Shown piece after piece: positions 40,208-52,738 of a DNA stretch of 64,000 nucleotides. The translations under genes were made by a program, and so were the position numbers. The notes beneath the pieces were generated by a model. It was not told the DNA's origin, did not search any database, and saw only the letters and a list, made by a program, of their open reading frames with translations. Source of the stretch: Pristiophorus japonicus (Eukaryota); contig NW_027252026.1 of assembly GCF_044704955.1 (NCBI RefSeq), positions 124,001 through 188,000 of the forward strand, given 5' to 3'. Positions within the stretch are counted from its first letter, which is position 1; the number at the start of each line of letters is the position of its first letter.

Positions 40208-41175
40208 CTAACAGGGAACAGAGCAATGATAGAAACATAGAAAACAGGTGCAGGAGTAGGCCATTCGGCCCTTCGAGCCTGCACCGCCATTCAATAAGAT
40301 CTTGGCTGATCATTCACCTCAGTGCCCCTTTCCTGCTTTCTCTCCATATCCCTTGACCCCTTTAGCAGTTAGGGCCATATCTAACTCCCTTCTGAATATA
40401 TCTAACGAACTGGCATCAACAACTCTGTGTGGTAGAGAATTCCACAGGTTAACAACTTTCTGAGTGAAGAAGTTTCTCCTCATCTCGGTCCTAAATGGCT
40501 TACCCCTTATCCTTAGACTGTGACCCCTGGTTCTGGACTTCCCCAACATTGGGAACATTCTTCCTGCATCTAACCTGACTAGTCCTGTAAATGTGGATTC
40601 TTTTCCCTCAATCTGGTTCAGCAAAATTACTGAAACGAATACTGTTTGTGCTTTAAACAAAGCAAGCTTTTATTTAAAAAGCAAATCCCGATCGGGGACC
40701 TTATCAGACAGAAGGATTGCAACTCTGATAGAACGCACTCACTTCCTACGGACAAAGTGACGTGACATTGTAAAGGGACGACGGTTATACATTTTCGGCA
40801 AAAGATAACAAGATAGGGCTAGAGTGACATCCTAGTTCAGCCTATCCCTTTTGATCCCTCTTTCCCTTTGTCCACTCATAAGCCGACCTAAGTATGGTCT
40901 GATTTTAAACAAAGACCTTCTGTTAATGTTTCAGGTTAATAACATGATTTAATAAGACCTTGAGGTTTTTCTGCAAGCTGTGGGTTTTGTTTCAGTATGT
41001 GTTAGTGTTGTAACATTTCGCAGTCTCGAGTCTGAGATGTCATGGCTATTCCTCCATGAATTCTTTGTTAGCTTATACTGTCCCTATACAATTCCCACGT
41101 TCTCAACTTCAATGTCTCTATACATTTTTAAACATTCACATTCCCCCTTTTATCATTCCATGATAACCCTGGTGA

Positions 41176-41905
41176 CTATTCAAGGAGTATCGCATTCAGC
41201 CGTTCGCACTCTCTTTCCTGATCCATATTGTTGTTATTGTCGAGTAGTTCTTTACTTCGTTGGATCATAACTCGGGAGCCCTTGACCACAAGAGGGTTTG
41301 CTAACCTTGCCATCATTACTTTACAATAAAGGTTAAGGCAACCAACAATTAGATAGGATCTCCAAGATCCATCTGATAGCCAATCAAACCAGCTAGATCC
41401 TTCTGCTGGTGTGGATAACTTCTTCACCTTCCTTCTTATGTGATCAGCGAGATTGGTTATGTTTTCTGAACTATCAAGAATGTAAATGCAACATTCAGAC
41501 CCTATCAGGGCACACGTTCCCCCTTTCTCAGCTAACAGGTAATCGAGGGCCATTCGGTTTTGTAATGCTACGGTCCTTATTGCTACCATTTCAGCTGTGA
41601 TGCCCTCCAGAGCTTCAGCAGTATTGTATTGGCCCCCCTCCTCTCGTGATAGTCTGGCTCTGAATCCATCTGACAGTCTCAGTTAGGGTCAGTGGAACGG
41701 GGTGCAAAGGAATTCCCCCTTTGGAATGTATAGGGATATGTGAACACACCCAACATCTAGAAAAGTTCCCATTTTGCGCATAAACATAAGACATGTACAA
41801 AAAGGTGTCTACATGGAGCTCTCGTCTCTGTCTCCCCTCCCATGCGCCGAAACTGTCATATATCAACACTATTATGCAGACTGTGGCAAAGAGATACAGT
41901 TTCAT
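41176..41905 (-). pseudogene. env: ERV-A env remnant with internal deletions
   Basis: Signal peptide, CWVC, ISD LQNRMALDYLLAEKGGTC and CX6CC; most of SU missing relative to ERV-B. Confidence 0.9.
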
Positions 41906-41999
41906 CTTATGGCTCAGGATTCAGATAAATAGTCCAATTATTTTGCTAATTAAAAGAGTTTGGTTCTCCCGTCTCTCTTCTTAGGTCACCGTCGGTGTA

Positions 42000-44468
42000 G
42001 CTGGCTGTCTATCACTGTGGGTAAAAGTTCAAACTGGTCCACGTTCCAATTAGGATGCCAATGGCCTTGTTCAGCTATGGAGAAGAGTAAGTCTGGAACA
42101 GAAACAGGAGTTAGAATAACCAGTAAAATAGGTTCGTTAGAGGGTGGTGAGCTTGCAGTGGTGCAGGTGAACCCAGGCACTTTTTCCCTCAACCTTGGCT
42201 GCAGTGGGGGTAGTGAGTAACACCTGAAAAGGCCCCTCCCATTGTGGCTCTAATCCCTTCCGAATCCATACTTCCCTGGTGCCACGAGGGACAATTCGGG
42301 TAAAACTGGGAGGTCGAGGTGAGCATCTTGAACCTGGTTGTGAGCTAGTCGCAGAGCCTGAGTCAGAGAAAGAACATAGGTGGTCATCAGTTGAGCTGAG
42401 ATACCATATATAGGAACAATTTCCCTCATTAACACCTTAACAACAGTTTGAGTCTTATTGTCCAGGGTAGGGTAGGCTTCAATCCATCTGCTAAACACAT
42501 CTACTATTACTAACACATATTTGTAACACTGAACTTTTTGCAACTCAATGTAGTCCAACTGAAATGTCTCAAAGGGACCTTCGGGTAGGGGCGTTTTACC
42601 CCAATCACAGGGAACTCCCTTCCCTGGATTATGATGCTGGCAAACCAGGCAATGACTACTGATGTTCTGGGTGAGCGCCTGGAGTCTAGGGTGCCACCAA
42701 GTAGCCAAAAGTGTATCACTCGTGGTCCTTGCTCCACAATGAGTAGCAAAATGCATACATTCAATAACCCATAGAGCCAACTCGTCAGACATGCAAGTCT
42801 GTTCCGCGGGAGTGGTCCAGAGTTTAGAAACATTGTCATAAGTACATGCATAATATTTCCACAACAGTTTATCTTTTTCAGGAGCGTCCTCCTGTGCTTT
42901 TATAACATCTTGGATGGTTGGCATTGATTTTTCCGAGGCTAACTTATCCTTCGCAGGATTTTTAGTCTGACTCATCATTCTGGGCACTACCATCTGTTGG
43001 TCACGAGAGGCCTGTTTAGCCTCTTTGTCAGCACAGTGGTTCCCTATATCAACCGGGGATTTTCCGGTGGTGTGGGCGGTACATTTGACAATGGCAATGT
43101 GCTTGGGGAGCATGAGGGCTTGCAACAAATCAGATACTAGTTGCTTATTTTTCCATAATTGTCCGAAATCATGGGCCACCCCAAAGGCATACCTAGAATC
43201 GGTATAGATATTGACTTCGAGGTCTTTGGCCAAGATACAGGCTCGGGTGAGGGTGAATAGTTCAGCTTGTTGGGCAGAATAGGCGGTTTCAAAAACGGCA
43301 GATTCCAAGACCTGATTCTCCTGGTTTACTATAGCGTATCCTGAGATTCGTGTACCTTCTGGATTAATAGAAGAACTTCCGTCAACATACATAATACAGT
43401 CTGGATCTTAAATTGGTACATCAACTAAATCTTCCCTGACTGATGTGGCCTCTTGAATTAAAGATAAACAATCATTCCTCATCTTGGGGTGGCTCAGTAA
43501 GAAAACAGGCCGGATTAATTGCAGTACAGTGCCGAAAGGTCAGTTTAGGATTGCCTGTGATTTCAGTGGGTACTGTCGGATAGAGGGCCAGTCCACATTG
43601 CCCTGCACTGGGATCTCAATTGGATCAATGGGAGTATAACCCACTTGGGAGGGGTCCTCTTCCCACACATGAGAATCCACATAGTCAGGTATGTCAGAGC
43701 CAGTATGATGCTGCAGAGTCGTTAAGACCTTCTCGGGGTCCCCGTGGAATTGGACTGTTCGGCCATGTTTTACAATTTGCACATCCCGGCTGGTAGGGTC
43801 AGCCTCGTCTATAGCCTGGCACACCATAACTCCCAAATCTTTAGCGTGGTGGGGAGGTAATACTTCACGAGTAATATGTGGTGCCACCGTTGGGGGCTGT
43901 CCATTTCCACAAAATCTGCCTTCCCTTCCGGTCCAGTCACTCTAGCCCTTAATAGAATTTCCTTCACTTCCCCTTCGTGATCCTGATAAAAGTTCTGCAG
44001 GTCCTGATTCTTTCCACTGAGATCGTATGCTAGGGTCACGTGATAGGGTGCCTGCGGCAGGTCCAGAGACCACCACTGAGGGGTTCTAGTGGTATAATAC
44101 TGCCGCTTAAGGGTTTCTTGTTTTACAATAATCCCATCATCTCCACACTCCAAATGCAACTGGAATTTGCAGAGGAGGTCTCTAGCCATCAAGTTACAGT
44201 CCAGATTGGTTGTGATAACAAATCGATGTTCCACCGATTCTTCCTGGTAACCCATTTTAACCGGTTCTGACACCAGGAATGTAGAGACTTGTCCCAGGAA
44301 TCCTGACAGTCCCTGTGTTTCAGTGAAGGCGGGGAGTTTCAGCTTTGATTGTACAGAAGACATGAAGGCTCCCGTATCTATCAAGAAGGGTTGCCACTCA
44401 TTCCGAATTTTTAACAATATCATCGGTTCGTCATCCGGGGAGGGTCCCTGCACAATCAAGCTACGTAG
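42000..44468 (-). pseudogene. pol: ERV-A pro-pol remnant: protease, 2H phosphoesterase-like insert, RT largely deleted, RNase H, integrase
   Basis: FLIDTGA; YHVTL and PHIT; IRQYPL; YVDGSS, SAQQAEL, YTDSRY; HHCC zinc finger; QLDYIE. Confidence 0.9.
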
Positions 44469-45400
44469 TCAATACGAATAATCGGGGGACGGTTGGCCAA
44501 AGGGGTTGTTCTGGGAGAAGTTAGTGTAAGATCCCCGTCCTCTCCCCCCTTGCCCCCCTCCTCTTCCTCCTTTGTGCCGACACGGGAGGGACACTCTCTA
44601 CTCCAATGTCCTTCTTGCCCACAATTAAAGCATCCATCTCGTCTTTCCCAGCCCAACCTCTTCCCATACCAGGCCGGGGACAGTAGGGCGGTCCGTAATT
44701 AGCAGGGCCCGGGCCATTTGGGTGTTTGATATAACCGTATCCCTGTTTATCCACCAACCCTGCACGCAACACTGCGGTTCCATCTGGTATCCCCTTGGGT
44801 CGGGTTTTGGTCCTTCCACCCGAGGCGGCTCTTCCTTTCTAGTCACGTATTCAGTCTTGACCCAGGTTGGGGGCGCACCTCCCCCCTCTCCTTTCTTTTC
44901 TTACCAATAATATTTAACCGCCCTTTCCATCTGGGCTTTACTGTTATCTGCCCAATTCATATTATTTGTCCGGATAGCGTGAGCAATCGAATAGGGTAGG
45001 CACTGAAGTAGGATAGCGCAGAATTGAGGAGAATCCTCTCCTGCCCTGAAGGCATTATCTCCTGATTGACTTCCGTATATTTCAATAAATCTTTCCATGA
45101 ATTCATCGGCAGTTTCTTCTCGTTTGGGTTTAGTTTCTAATACTGCGGCCATACTGATGGGCTTCTGAAGGGTCGTGGTGAGAGCATTAGTGTTTAGGCG
45201 ATCCTGGACATCGTTAGGGTGAGCAACCAACAATGCATCATGAGTAGCACGTCCTCGGTGAGTTAGAAATCGGGCTTGCTCAGTTGGGCTCAGGGTTTGC
45301 TTTACCAGGGCCACAGGTCCCTTGATTCTGCATTATATCCATGCATGTCAGGTCACTCCGTGAAATCGGAGGTCAGGGTTAAGTTGGGTTTGTGGATCCC
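44469..45400 (-). pseudogene. gag: ERV-A gag remnant (CA and NC)
   Basis: MHR-like ETKPKREETADEFMERFIEIY; zinc knuckle CFNCGQEGHWSREC; frameshifted. Confidence 0.85.
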
Positions 45401-48400
45401 TTTCAGCTTATTTATCTTAGCCTTTTAACTCTTCAATTTGTTTTGTTTGAGTATCTATTTCTTTATTGTATCAGGCAAGTATTATTACATAAGCTAGTTC
45501 TGTTTTTATTTTTATTCTGACTATCGCACCATTCCTCTGTTAGGTGAGTCTTTTTTCTATTAAGAAATCCAAATTGATAATGTTCAGTATGAAACGGCTG
45601 TCAATGGAAAGGGTTAACTCCTTTACAGGTTTGTAAGAAGAGCTGATGTCATTACGTGACTTCACGTAACCATCTGAAAAAAAAATCTTTTCATCAGGAA
45701 AGGCAGCATTTGATTAAACTCCAATATTTTTTAACTTCTTATTCAAGTACTTGCCAAAGATATTTTTTTAATTGATTTAAAACGAGACCACACATTTTTA
45801 ATAACTATTTGTTTACTGAAATTCAATTTCGTCATCAGCCTCAGTCAATGCAAAGCCAACCATTTTAACTACGTAGTCTATCGATACCTTTCTCAGAGGT
45901 CCCAGTGGAACTCTGAGTACATTTCTCGTGCATGCACTCTTTCTTTAAGATGTCCACGGTTTTTAATATGTCCTCCTTCTGTCAATGAAAGCCCTAATTT
46001 AATGGAGTTTTTCTGCCAACTCGACAGGAGTGATTTTTTTTAGACTGCAGAATTTTTCTCATAATTTAAAATCTCAGAACATTTTTTTATCTTTCAGCAC
46101 CTATTTAGTACGTTACGTCTTTTTTTTGTCTTTTCCATAACTAGAGGGAAGTCTGGCACGTAGGCTGTGGACTGCTTTTCGTTATCTCAATTGTTCCAGC
46201 CTCAAGGTCGTGTTATTTAATCTAATATTTTTTTTGAATCCTTTTGAATCCATCTCAGTTGTTTTGCTGTGCCTTCTCTGAATATTTTCTTTCGACAAGT
46301 AAGTGAGCATGTCAAATCCTTTTTTAACCACCGGGACCATGTATTTTTTTCTTTTTTTTTTACTCAACAAACCTATCCTTTGTGCATTTCCTGGCTCTGT
46401 AACTTATCATCCGAATATACGTAATTCAATAAGGTTCACACTCTTAAACTGCCCACATACAGGACAACACTACGAAGGGTTAAAAAAACTTTCATCTGTT
46501 TGAAAAAGTGGGTGGAGCTAAAACAAACCACAACTCCCCGGCTTTTTTTTTACAGTAAAAATCACACAAGCATTTCTCATTTAAAACAGACGTTCACAAG
46601 AGTCTCTCTTCTTTCCTATTAATTTTTGGATCCATGATTGATCATCTATCCCTATCTAGCTCTAACTATCCCTACTTTCCGTGTCGCCGCACGGATCTAC
46701 TTGGGCCTCGAACCCACACAGAACCTGGGCCTCGAACCCAGGCAGGCTCTGGGCCTCGAACCCAGGCAGACTTACCTATCTTTCCAAGTCGCCGCTTGGT
46801 TTGCGTCACCACGCAATTTCCCTATCTCTATCCCTATTCTAAGTTTGAAAGGTATTCACCAGATTGTCCTGGATCTCGTTCAGACACTACCTGAGAACCA
46901 GCGAGTGGCTAAACTTTCCTCAGACTTTTGAAACCGGGGGAAACTGGAGCAGTATTGAAAGTATACTTACTCCAGTGGCCACTTTCCCCTCGTCTAGTCC
47001 AAGGCTAGTCTGGCTCTTAATTCGCAAGTTTTCGGCAGTCGTCCGTTGAGATCCCACTTCTGACACCAAATGTAAATGTGGATTCTTTTACCTCAATCTG
47101 GTTCAGTGAAATTACTGAAACGAATACCGTTTGTGCTTTAAACAAAGCAAGCTTTTATTTAAAATGCAAATGCCGATCGGGAACCTTATCAGACAGAAGG
47201 AATGCAACTCTGATAGAACGCACTCACTTCCTACGGACAAAGTGACGTTACATTGTAAAGGGACGACGGTTATACATTTTCGGCAAAAGATAACAAGATA
47301 GGGCTAGAGTGACATCCTAGTTCAGCCTATCCCTTTTGATCCCTCGTTCCCTCTTCTCAACTTCAATGTCTCTATACATTTTTAAACATTCACATTCCAG
47401 TCAGAATTTTATATGTCTCTATGAGATTCTCCCTTCATTCTTCTGGATCCCGAGAATCAGTCTGGTGACCCTTTGCTGCACTCCCTCAATAACAAGCACG
47501 TCCTTCCTCAAATTAGGAGACCAAAACTGCACACAATACTCAAGGTGTGGTCTCACCAAGGTCCTGTAGAACTGCAGCAAGATCTCCCTGCTCCTATACT
47601 CAGATCCCCTTGCTATGAAGGCCAGCATGCCATTTGCTTTCTTTGCTGTCTGCTGTACCTGCATGCCTAACTTCAAAGACTGATGTACCATAATACCCAG
47701 GTCTCGTTGTACCTCCCCTTTTACTAATCTGTCACCACTCAGATAATAATCTACCTTCCTGTTTTTGCCACCAAAGTGGATCACCTCACATTTATCCACA
47801 TTATACTGCATTTGCCCATTCACCTAACCTGTCCAAGTCCCCCTGCAGCCTCTTAGCATCCTCCTCGCAGCTCGCTCTGTCACCCATCTTAGTGTCATCT
47901 GCAAACTTGGAGATATTACATTCAATTCCTTCGTCTAAATCATTAATGTATATTGTAAATAGCTGGGGTCCCAGCATTGAACCCTGCGGCACCCACTAGT
48001 CACTGCCTGCCATTCTGAAAAGGACCCGTTTATTCCCACTCTTTGCATCCTGTCTGCCAACCATTTCTCTATCCACGTCAATACATTACCCCCAATACCA
48101 TGTGCCTTAATTTTGTACACTAATTTATTGTGTGGGACATTGTCAAAAGCCTTTTGAAAGTCCAAATACATCACATCCACTTATTCTCCCTTATCCACTC
48201 TACTAGTTACATCCTCAAGAAGCTCTAGAAGATTTGTCAAGCTTGATTTCCTGTTCATGCTGACTTGGTTCGATCCTGTCACTGCTTTCCAAATGCGCTA
48301 CTACTTCATCTTTAATAATTGATTCCAGCATTTTCCCCACCACCGATGTCAGGCTAACCAGTCTATAATTCCCTGTTTTCTCTCCCTCCTTCTTTAAAAA

Positions 48401-48500
48401 GTGGTGTTACATTAGCTACCCTCCAATCCATAGGAACTGAATCAGAGTCCATGGAATGTTGGAAAATGACCACCAATGCATCTTCTATTTCTAGAGCCAC

Positions 48501-48702
48501 TGAGAATGTATAGAGACATTGAAGTTGAGAATGTGGGAAAATGTATACAGACATTGAAGTTGAGAATGTGGGAAAAATGTATCGAGACATTGAAGTTGAG
48601 AATGTGGGAAAATGTATATTGACATTGAAGTTGAGAATGTGGGAAAAATGTACAGAGACAGTGAAATTGAGAATGTGGGAAAAATGTATAGAGACAGTGA
48701 AA
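48501..48702 (+). repeat. 35-36-bp tandem repeat in the ERV-B 5' LTR U3
   Basis: Unit TGAGAATGTGGGAAAATGTATAGAGACATTGAAGT; five full units plus a partial one, versus one full unit in the 3' LTR. Confidence 0.92.
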
Positions 48703-50524
48703 TTGAACAAAGGATTCATGGATGAATAGCCTTAAGAATGTCAGGCTGCAAATGTTACAACATTGACACAAATAACAGACTGGCTCCAAGATCTTGCTAC
48801 GTCACACCAGTAAACTTGAAACAATATAGGGTGAGAAAGACTCTGAAAGGCTCCTTTGTGTGAAAAGAGCACATACAGATGTCTGCTCATGAGTGGACAA
48901 AGGGAAGGAGGGATCAAAGGGGATAGGCTGAACTGAATGTCACTCTAATTGTATCTTGTACTGAAAATGTATAACCGTTGCGCCCTTACATTGTAACGGC
49001 ACTTGTCCGTAGGAAGTGGGTGCACTCTATAGGGAGAGCATTCCTTCTTTCTGATAAGTCCCGGCCGGTGAAACAAAAGAAGAAAGTCTGCTTTGTTATT
49101 AGCAACGGTGTTCGACTCAGTGAATTCGCTGAACCAGATTGAGGGAAAAGAATCCACATTTACATTTGGTGTCAGAAGTGGGATCTCAACAAACGACTGC
49201 CGAAAACTTGCGAATTAAGAGCCAGACTAGCCTTGGACGAGACGGGAGGAAAGTGGCCACTGGAGTGAGTATAATTTAAATACCGCTCCAGTTTCCTTTG
49301 GTTTCAAAAGTCTGAGGAAAGTTTTGCCACTCGCTGGTTCTCAGGTAGCGTCTGAACGAGATCCAGGACAATCTGGCGAATACCTTCTAAACTTAGAATA
49401 GGGAAGGATAGGGAATTCGCGCGGCAACGCAAACCGGGCGGCGACTCAGAAGGATAGGTAAGAATAGGTAAATCTGGAACCTAGAACAAATTAAGTAAGG
49501 CTTATCGCGCGGCGACACGGACAGGAAAACCGCGGGGTGACGCGGAGGGATAGACAATCGCGCGAACCGCGTGGGGGACGCGGATGTTAGGGAATTACGT
49601 AAAATTAAGCCGCGGGGCGATGCGGGACTGTGTAAATTTTAAATCGTACTTATTTCAGGTACGGCGTCGATCTTGTATATCACTTGGTCCGCCGAGGCTC
49701 TGGATAAGATAACTTAAACCACCGCGGGGCGACGCGGGGACAATCGGGACTAATTAGGACCCTGATCCTATGCGGGGCGACGCGAGGATGAGTAATTTAG
49801 ATAAAACTACGAATTCCCTGAAAGGTCATGGATCCAAAAATAGAGCCGGCCAAAACAATTAATAGGAAAGAAGAGAGACTTTTGTAAACGTCTGTTTTAA
49901 ATGAGAAGTGCTTGTGTGATTTTGACTGTGGATAAGAAACCCTGTTTGGGAAACCGGGGAGTTGTGGTTTGTTTTAGCTCCACCCACTTTTTCAAACAGA
50001 GTGAAAGTTTTTATAACTCTTCGTAGTGTTGTCCTGTATGTGGGAAGTTTAAGAGTGTGATCCTTATTGAATTACATATATTCGGATGATAAGTTACGGA
50101 GCTAGGAAATGCACAAAAGATAGGTTTGTTGAGGAAAAGATAAAAAATACATGGTTCCGGTGGTTAAAAAAAATAATTTATTTGACACGCTCACTTACTT
50201 GTCGAAAGAAAACATGCAATGATTGATTACATTGGGTTGAAAGACATAAATTTAGTCTCGGAATGAGATAAAGAATGCCTTTTAAAAAAAGGCTTCTAAG
50301 CTCAAAAAAAGTTTTAAATAAAGATTGAAATTACAAAGTTTGAATTGGGATTTTGAGATATTCAGAGAAGGCACAGCAAAATACTGAGGTGGATTCAAAA
50401 AAAATTATTATTATATTAAATCTGCAGTTTAGAAGAGACAGTATAACACAACCTTGAGGTTGGAACAATTGAGATAATGAAAAGCAGCCCTCAGCCTACG
50501 TGCTCGGCTCCCCTCTAGTTATGG

Positions 50525-52738
50525 AAAACTTTGAAGGTATGAGGCGTGAATTGGCTGGGATGGATTGGCAAATGATACTTAAGGGGTTGACTGTGGATGG
50601 GCAATGGCAGACATTTCGAGACCGCATGGATGAACTACAACAATTGTACATTCCTGTCTGGCATAAAAATAAAAAAGGGAAGGTGGCTCAACCGTGGCTA
50701 TCAAGGGAAATCAGGGATAGTATTAAAGCCAAGGAAGTGGCATACAAATTGGCCAGAAATAGCAGCGAATCTGGGGACTGGGAGAAATTTAGAACTCAGC
50801 AGAGGAGGACAAAGGGTTTGATTAGGGCAGGGAAAATGGAGTATGAGAAGAAGCTTGCAGGGAACATTAAGACGGATTGCAAAAGTTTCTATAGATATGT
50901 AAAGAGAAAAAGGTTAGTAAAGACAAACGTAGGCCCCCTGCAGTCAGAATCAGGGGAAGTCATAACGGGGAACAAAGAAATGGCGGACCAATTGAACAAG
51001 TACTTTGGTTCGGTATTCACGAAGGAGGACACGAACAACCTTCCGGTTATAAAAGGGGTCGGGGGGTCTAGTAAGGAGGAGGAACTGAGGGAAATCCTTA
51101 TTAGCTGGGAAATTGTGTTGGGGAAATTGATGGGATTGAAGGCCGATAAATCCCCAGGGCCTGATGGACTGCATCCCAGAGTACTTAAGGAGGTGGCCTT
51201 GGAAATAGTGGATGCGTTGACAGTCATTTTCCAACATTCCATTGACTCTGGATCAGTTCCTATGGAGTGGAGGGTAGCCAATGTAACCCCACTTTTTAAA
51301 AAAGGAGGGAGAGAGAAAACAGGGAATTATAGACCGGTCAGCCTGACATCGGTAGTGGGTAAAATGATGGAATCAATTATTAAGGATGTCATAGCAGTGC
51401 ATTTGGAAAGAGGTGACATGATAGGTCCAAGTCAGCATGGATTTGTGAAAGGGAAATCATGCTTGACAAATCTTCTGGAATTTTTTGAGGATGTTTCCAG
51501 TAGAGTGGACAAGGGAGAACCAGTTGATGTGGTATATTTGGACTTTCAGAAGGCGTTCGACAAGGTCCCACACAAGAGATTGATGCGCAAAGTTAGAGCA
51601 CATGGGATTGGGGGTAGTGTACTGACATGGATTGAGAACTGGTTGTCAGACAGGAAGCAAAGAGTAGGAGTAAATGGGTACTTTTCAGAATGGCAGGCAG
51701 TGACTAGTGGGGTACCGCAAGGTTCTGTGCTGGGGCCCCAGCTGTTTACACTGTACATTAATGATTTAGATGAGGGGATTAAATGTAGTATCTCCAAATT
51801 TGCGGATGACACTAAGTTGGGTGGCAGTGTGAGCTGCGAGGAGGATGCTGTGAGGCTGCAGACGACTTGGATAGGTTAGGTGAGTGGGCAAATGCATGGC
51901 AGATGAAGTATAATGTGGATAAATGTGAGGTTATCTACTTTGGTGGTAAAAACAGAGAGACAGACTATTATCTGAATGGTGACAGATTAGGAAAAGGGGA
52001 GGTGCAAAGAGACCTGGGTGTCATGGTACATCAGTCATTGAAGGTTGGCATGCAGGTACAGCAGGCGGTTAAGAAAGCAAATGGCATGTTGGCCTTCATA
52101 GCAAGGGGATTTGAGTACAGGGGCAGGGAGGTGTTGCTACAGTTGTACAGGGCATTGGTGAGGCCACACCTGGAGTATTGTGTACAGTTTTGGTCTCCTA
52201 ACCTGAGGAAGGACATTCTTGCTATTGAGGGAGTGCAGCGAAGGTTCACCAGACTGATTCCCGGGATGGCGGGACTGACCTATCAAGAAAGACTGGATCA
52301 ACTGGGCTTGTAGTCACTGGAGTTCAGAAGAATGAGAGGGGTCCTCATAGAAACATTTAAAATTTTGACGGGGTTAGACAGGTTAGATGCAGGAAGAATG
52401 TTCCCAATGTTGGGGAAGTCCAGAACCAGAGGTCACAGTCTAAGGATAAGGGGTAAGCCATTTAGGACCGAGATGCGGAGGAACTTCTTCACCCAGAGAG
52501 TGGTGAACCTGTGGAATTCTCTACCACAGAAAGTTGTTGAGGCCAATTCACTAAATATATTCAAAAAGGAGTTAGATGAGGTCCTTACTACTAGGGGGAT
52601 CAAGGGGTATGGCGAGAAAGCAGGAATGGGGTACTGAAGTTGAATGTTCAGCCATGAACTCATTGAATGGCGGTGCAGGCTAGAAGGGCCAAATGGCCTA
52701 CTCCTGCACCTATTTTCTATGTTTCTATGTTTCTATGT
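50525..52738 (+). mobile_element. Relatively young 5'-truncated CR1 inserted in the ERV-B leader/gag region
   Basis: 459-aa open RT ORF, one frameshift and one stop downstream, (TTCTATGT)3 tail; ERV-A is uninterrupted at the equivalent site. Confidence 0.95.

Larger units (their letters stand above)
40586..47394 (-). mobile_element. Endogenous retrovirus A (class I, epsilon-like): 5' LTR 47071-47394 (internally deleted), 3' LTR 40586-41140
   Basis: TG...CA LTR ends; PBS TGGTGTCAGAAGTGGGAT (tRNA-Leu) at 47068-47051; PPT at 41141-41151; TSD GTCC/TTCC. Confidence 0.95.

Noticed and set aside
47051-47068. tRNA-Leu gene
   Set aside because: Only the 18-nt 3' end including CCA next to an LTR, so it is a primer-binding site.
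50500-52637. Functional reverse-transcriptase gene
   Set aside because: A 5'-truncated CR1 lacking the endonuclease, with a frameshift near 51865 and a stop at 52311-52313.
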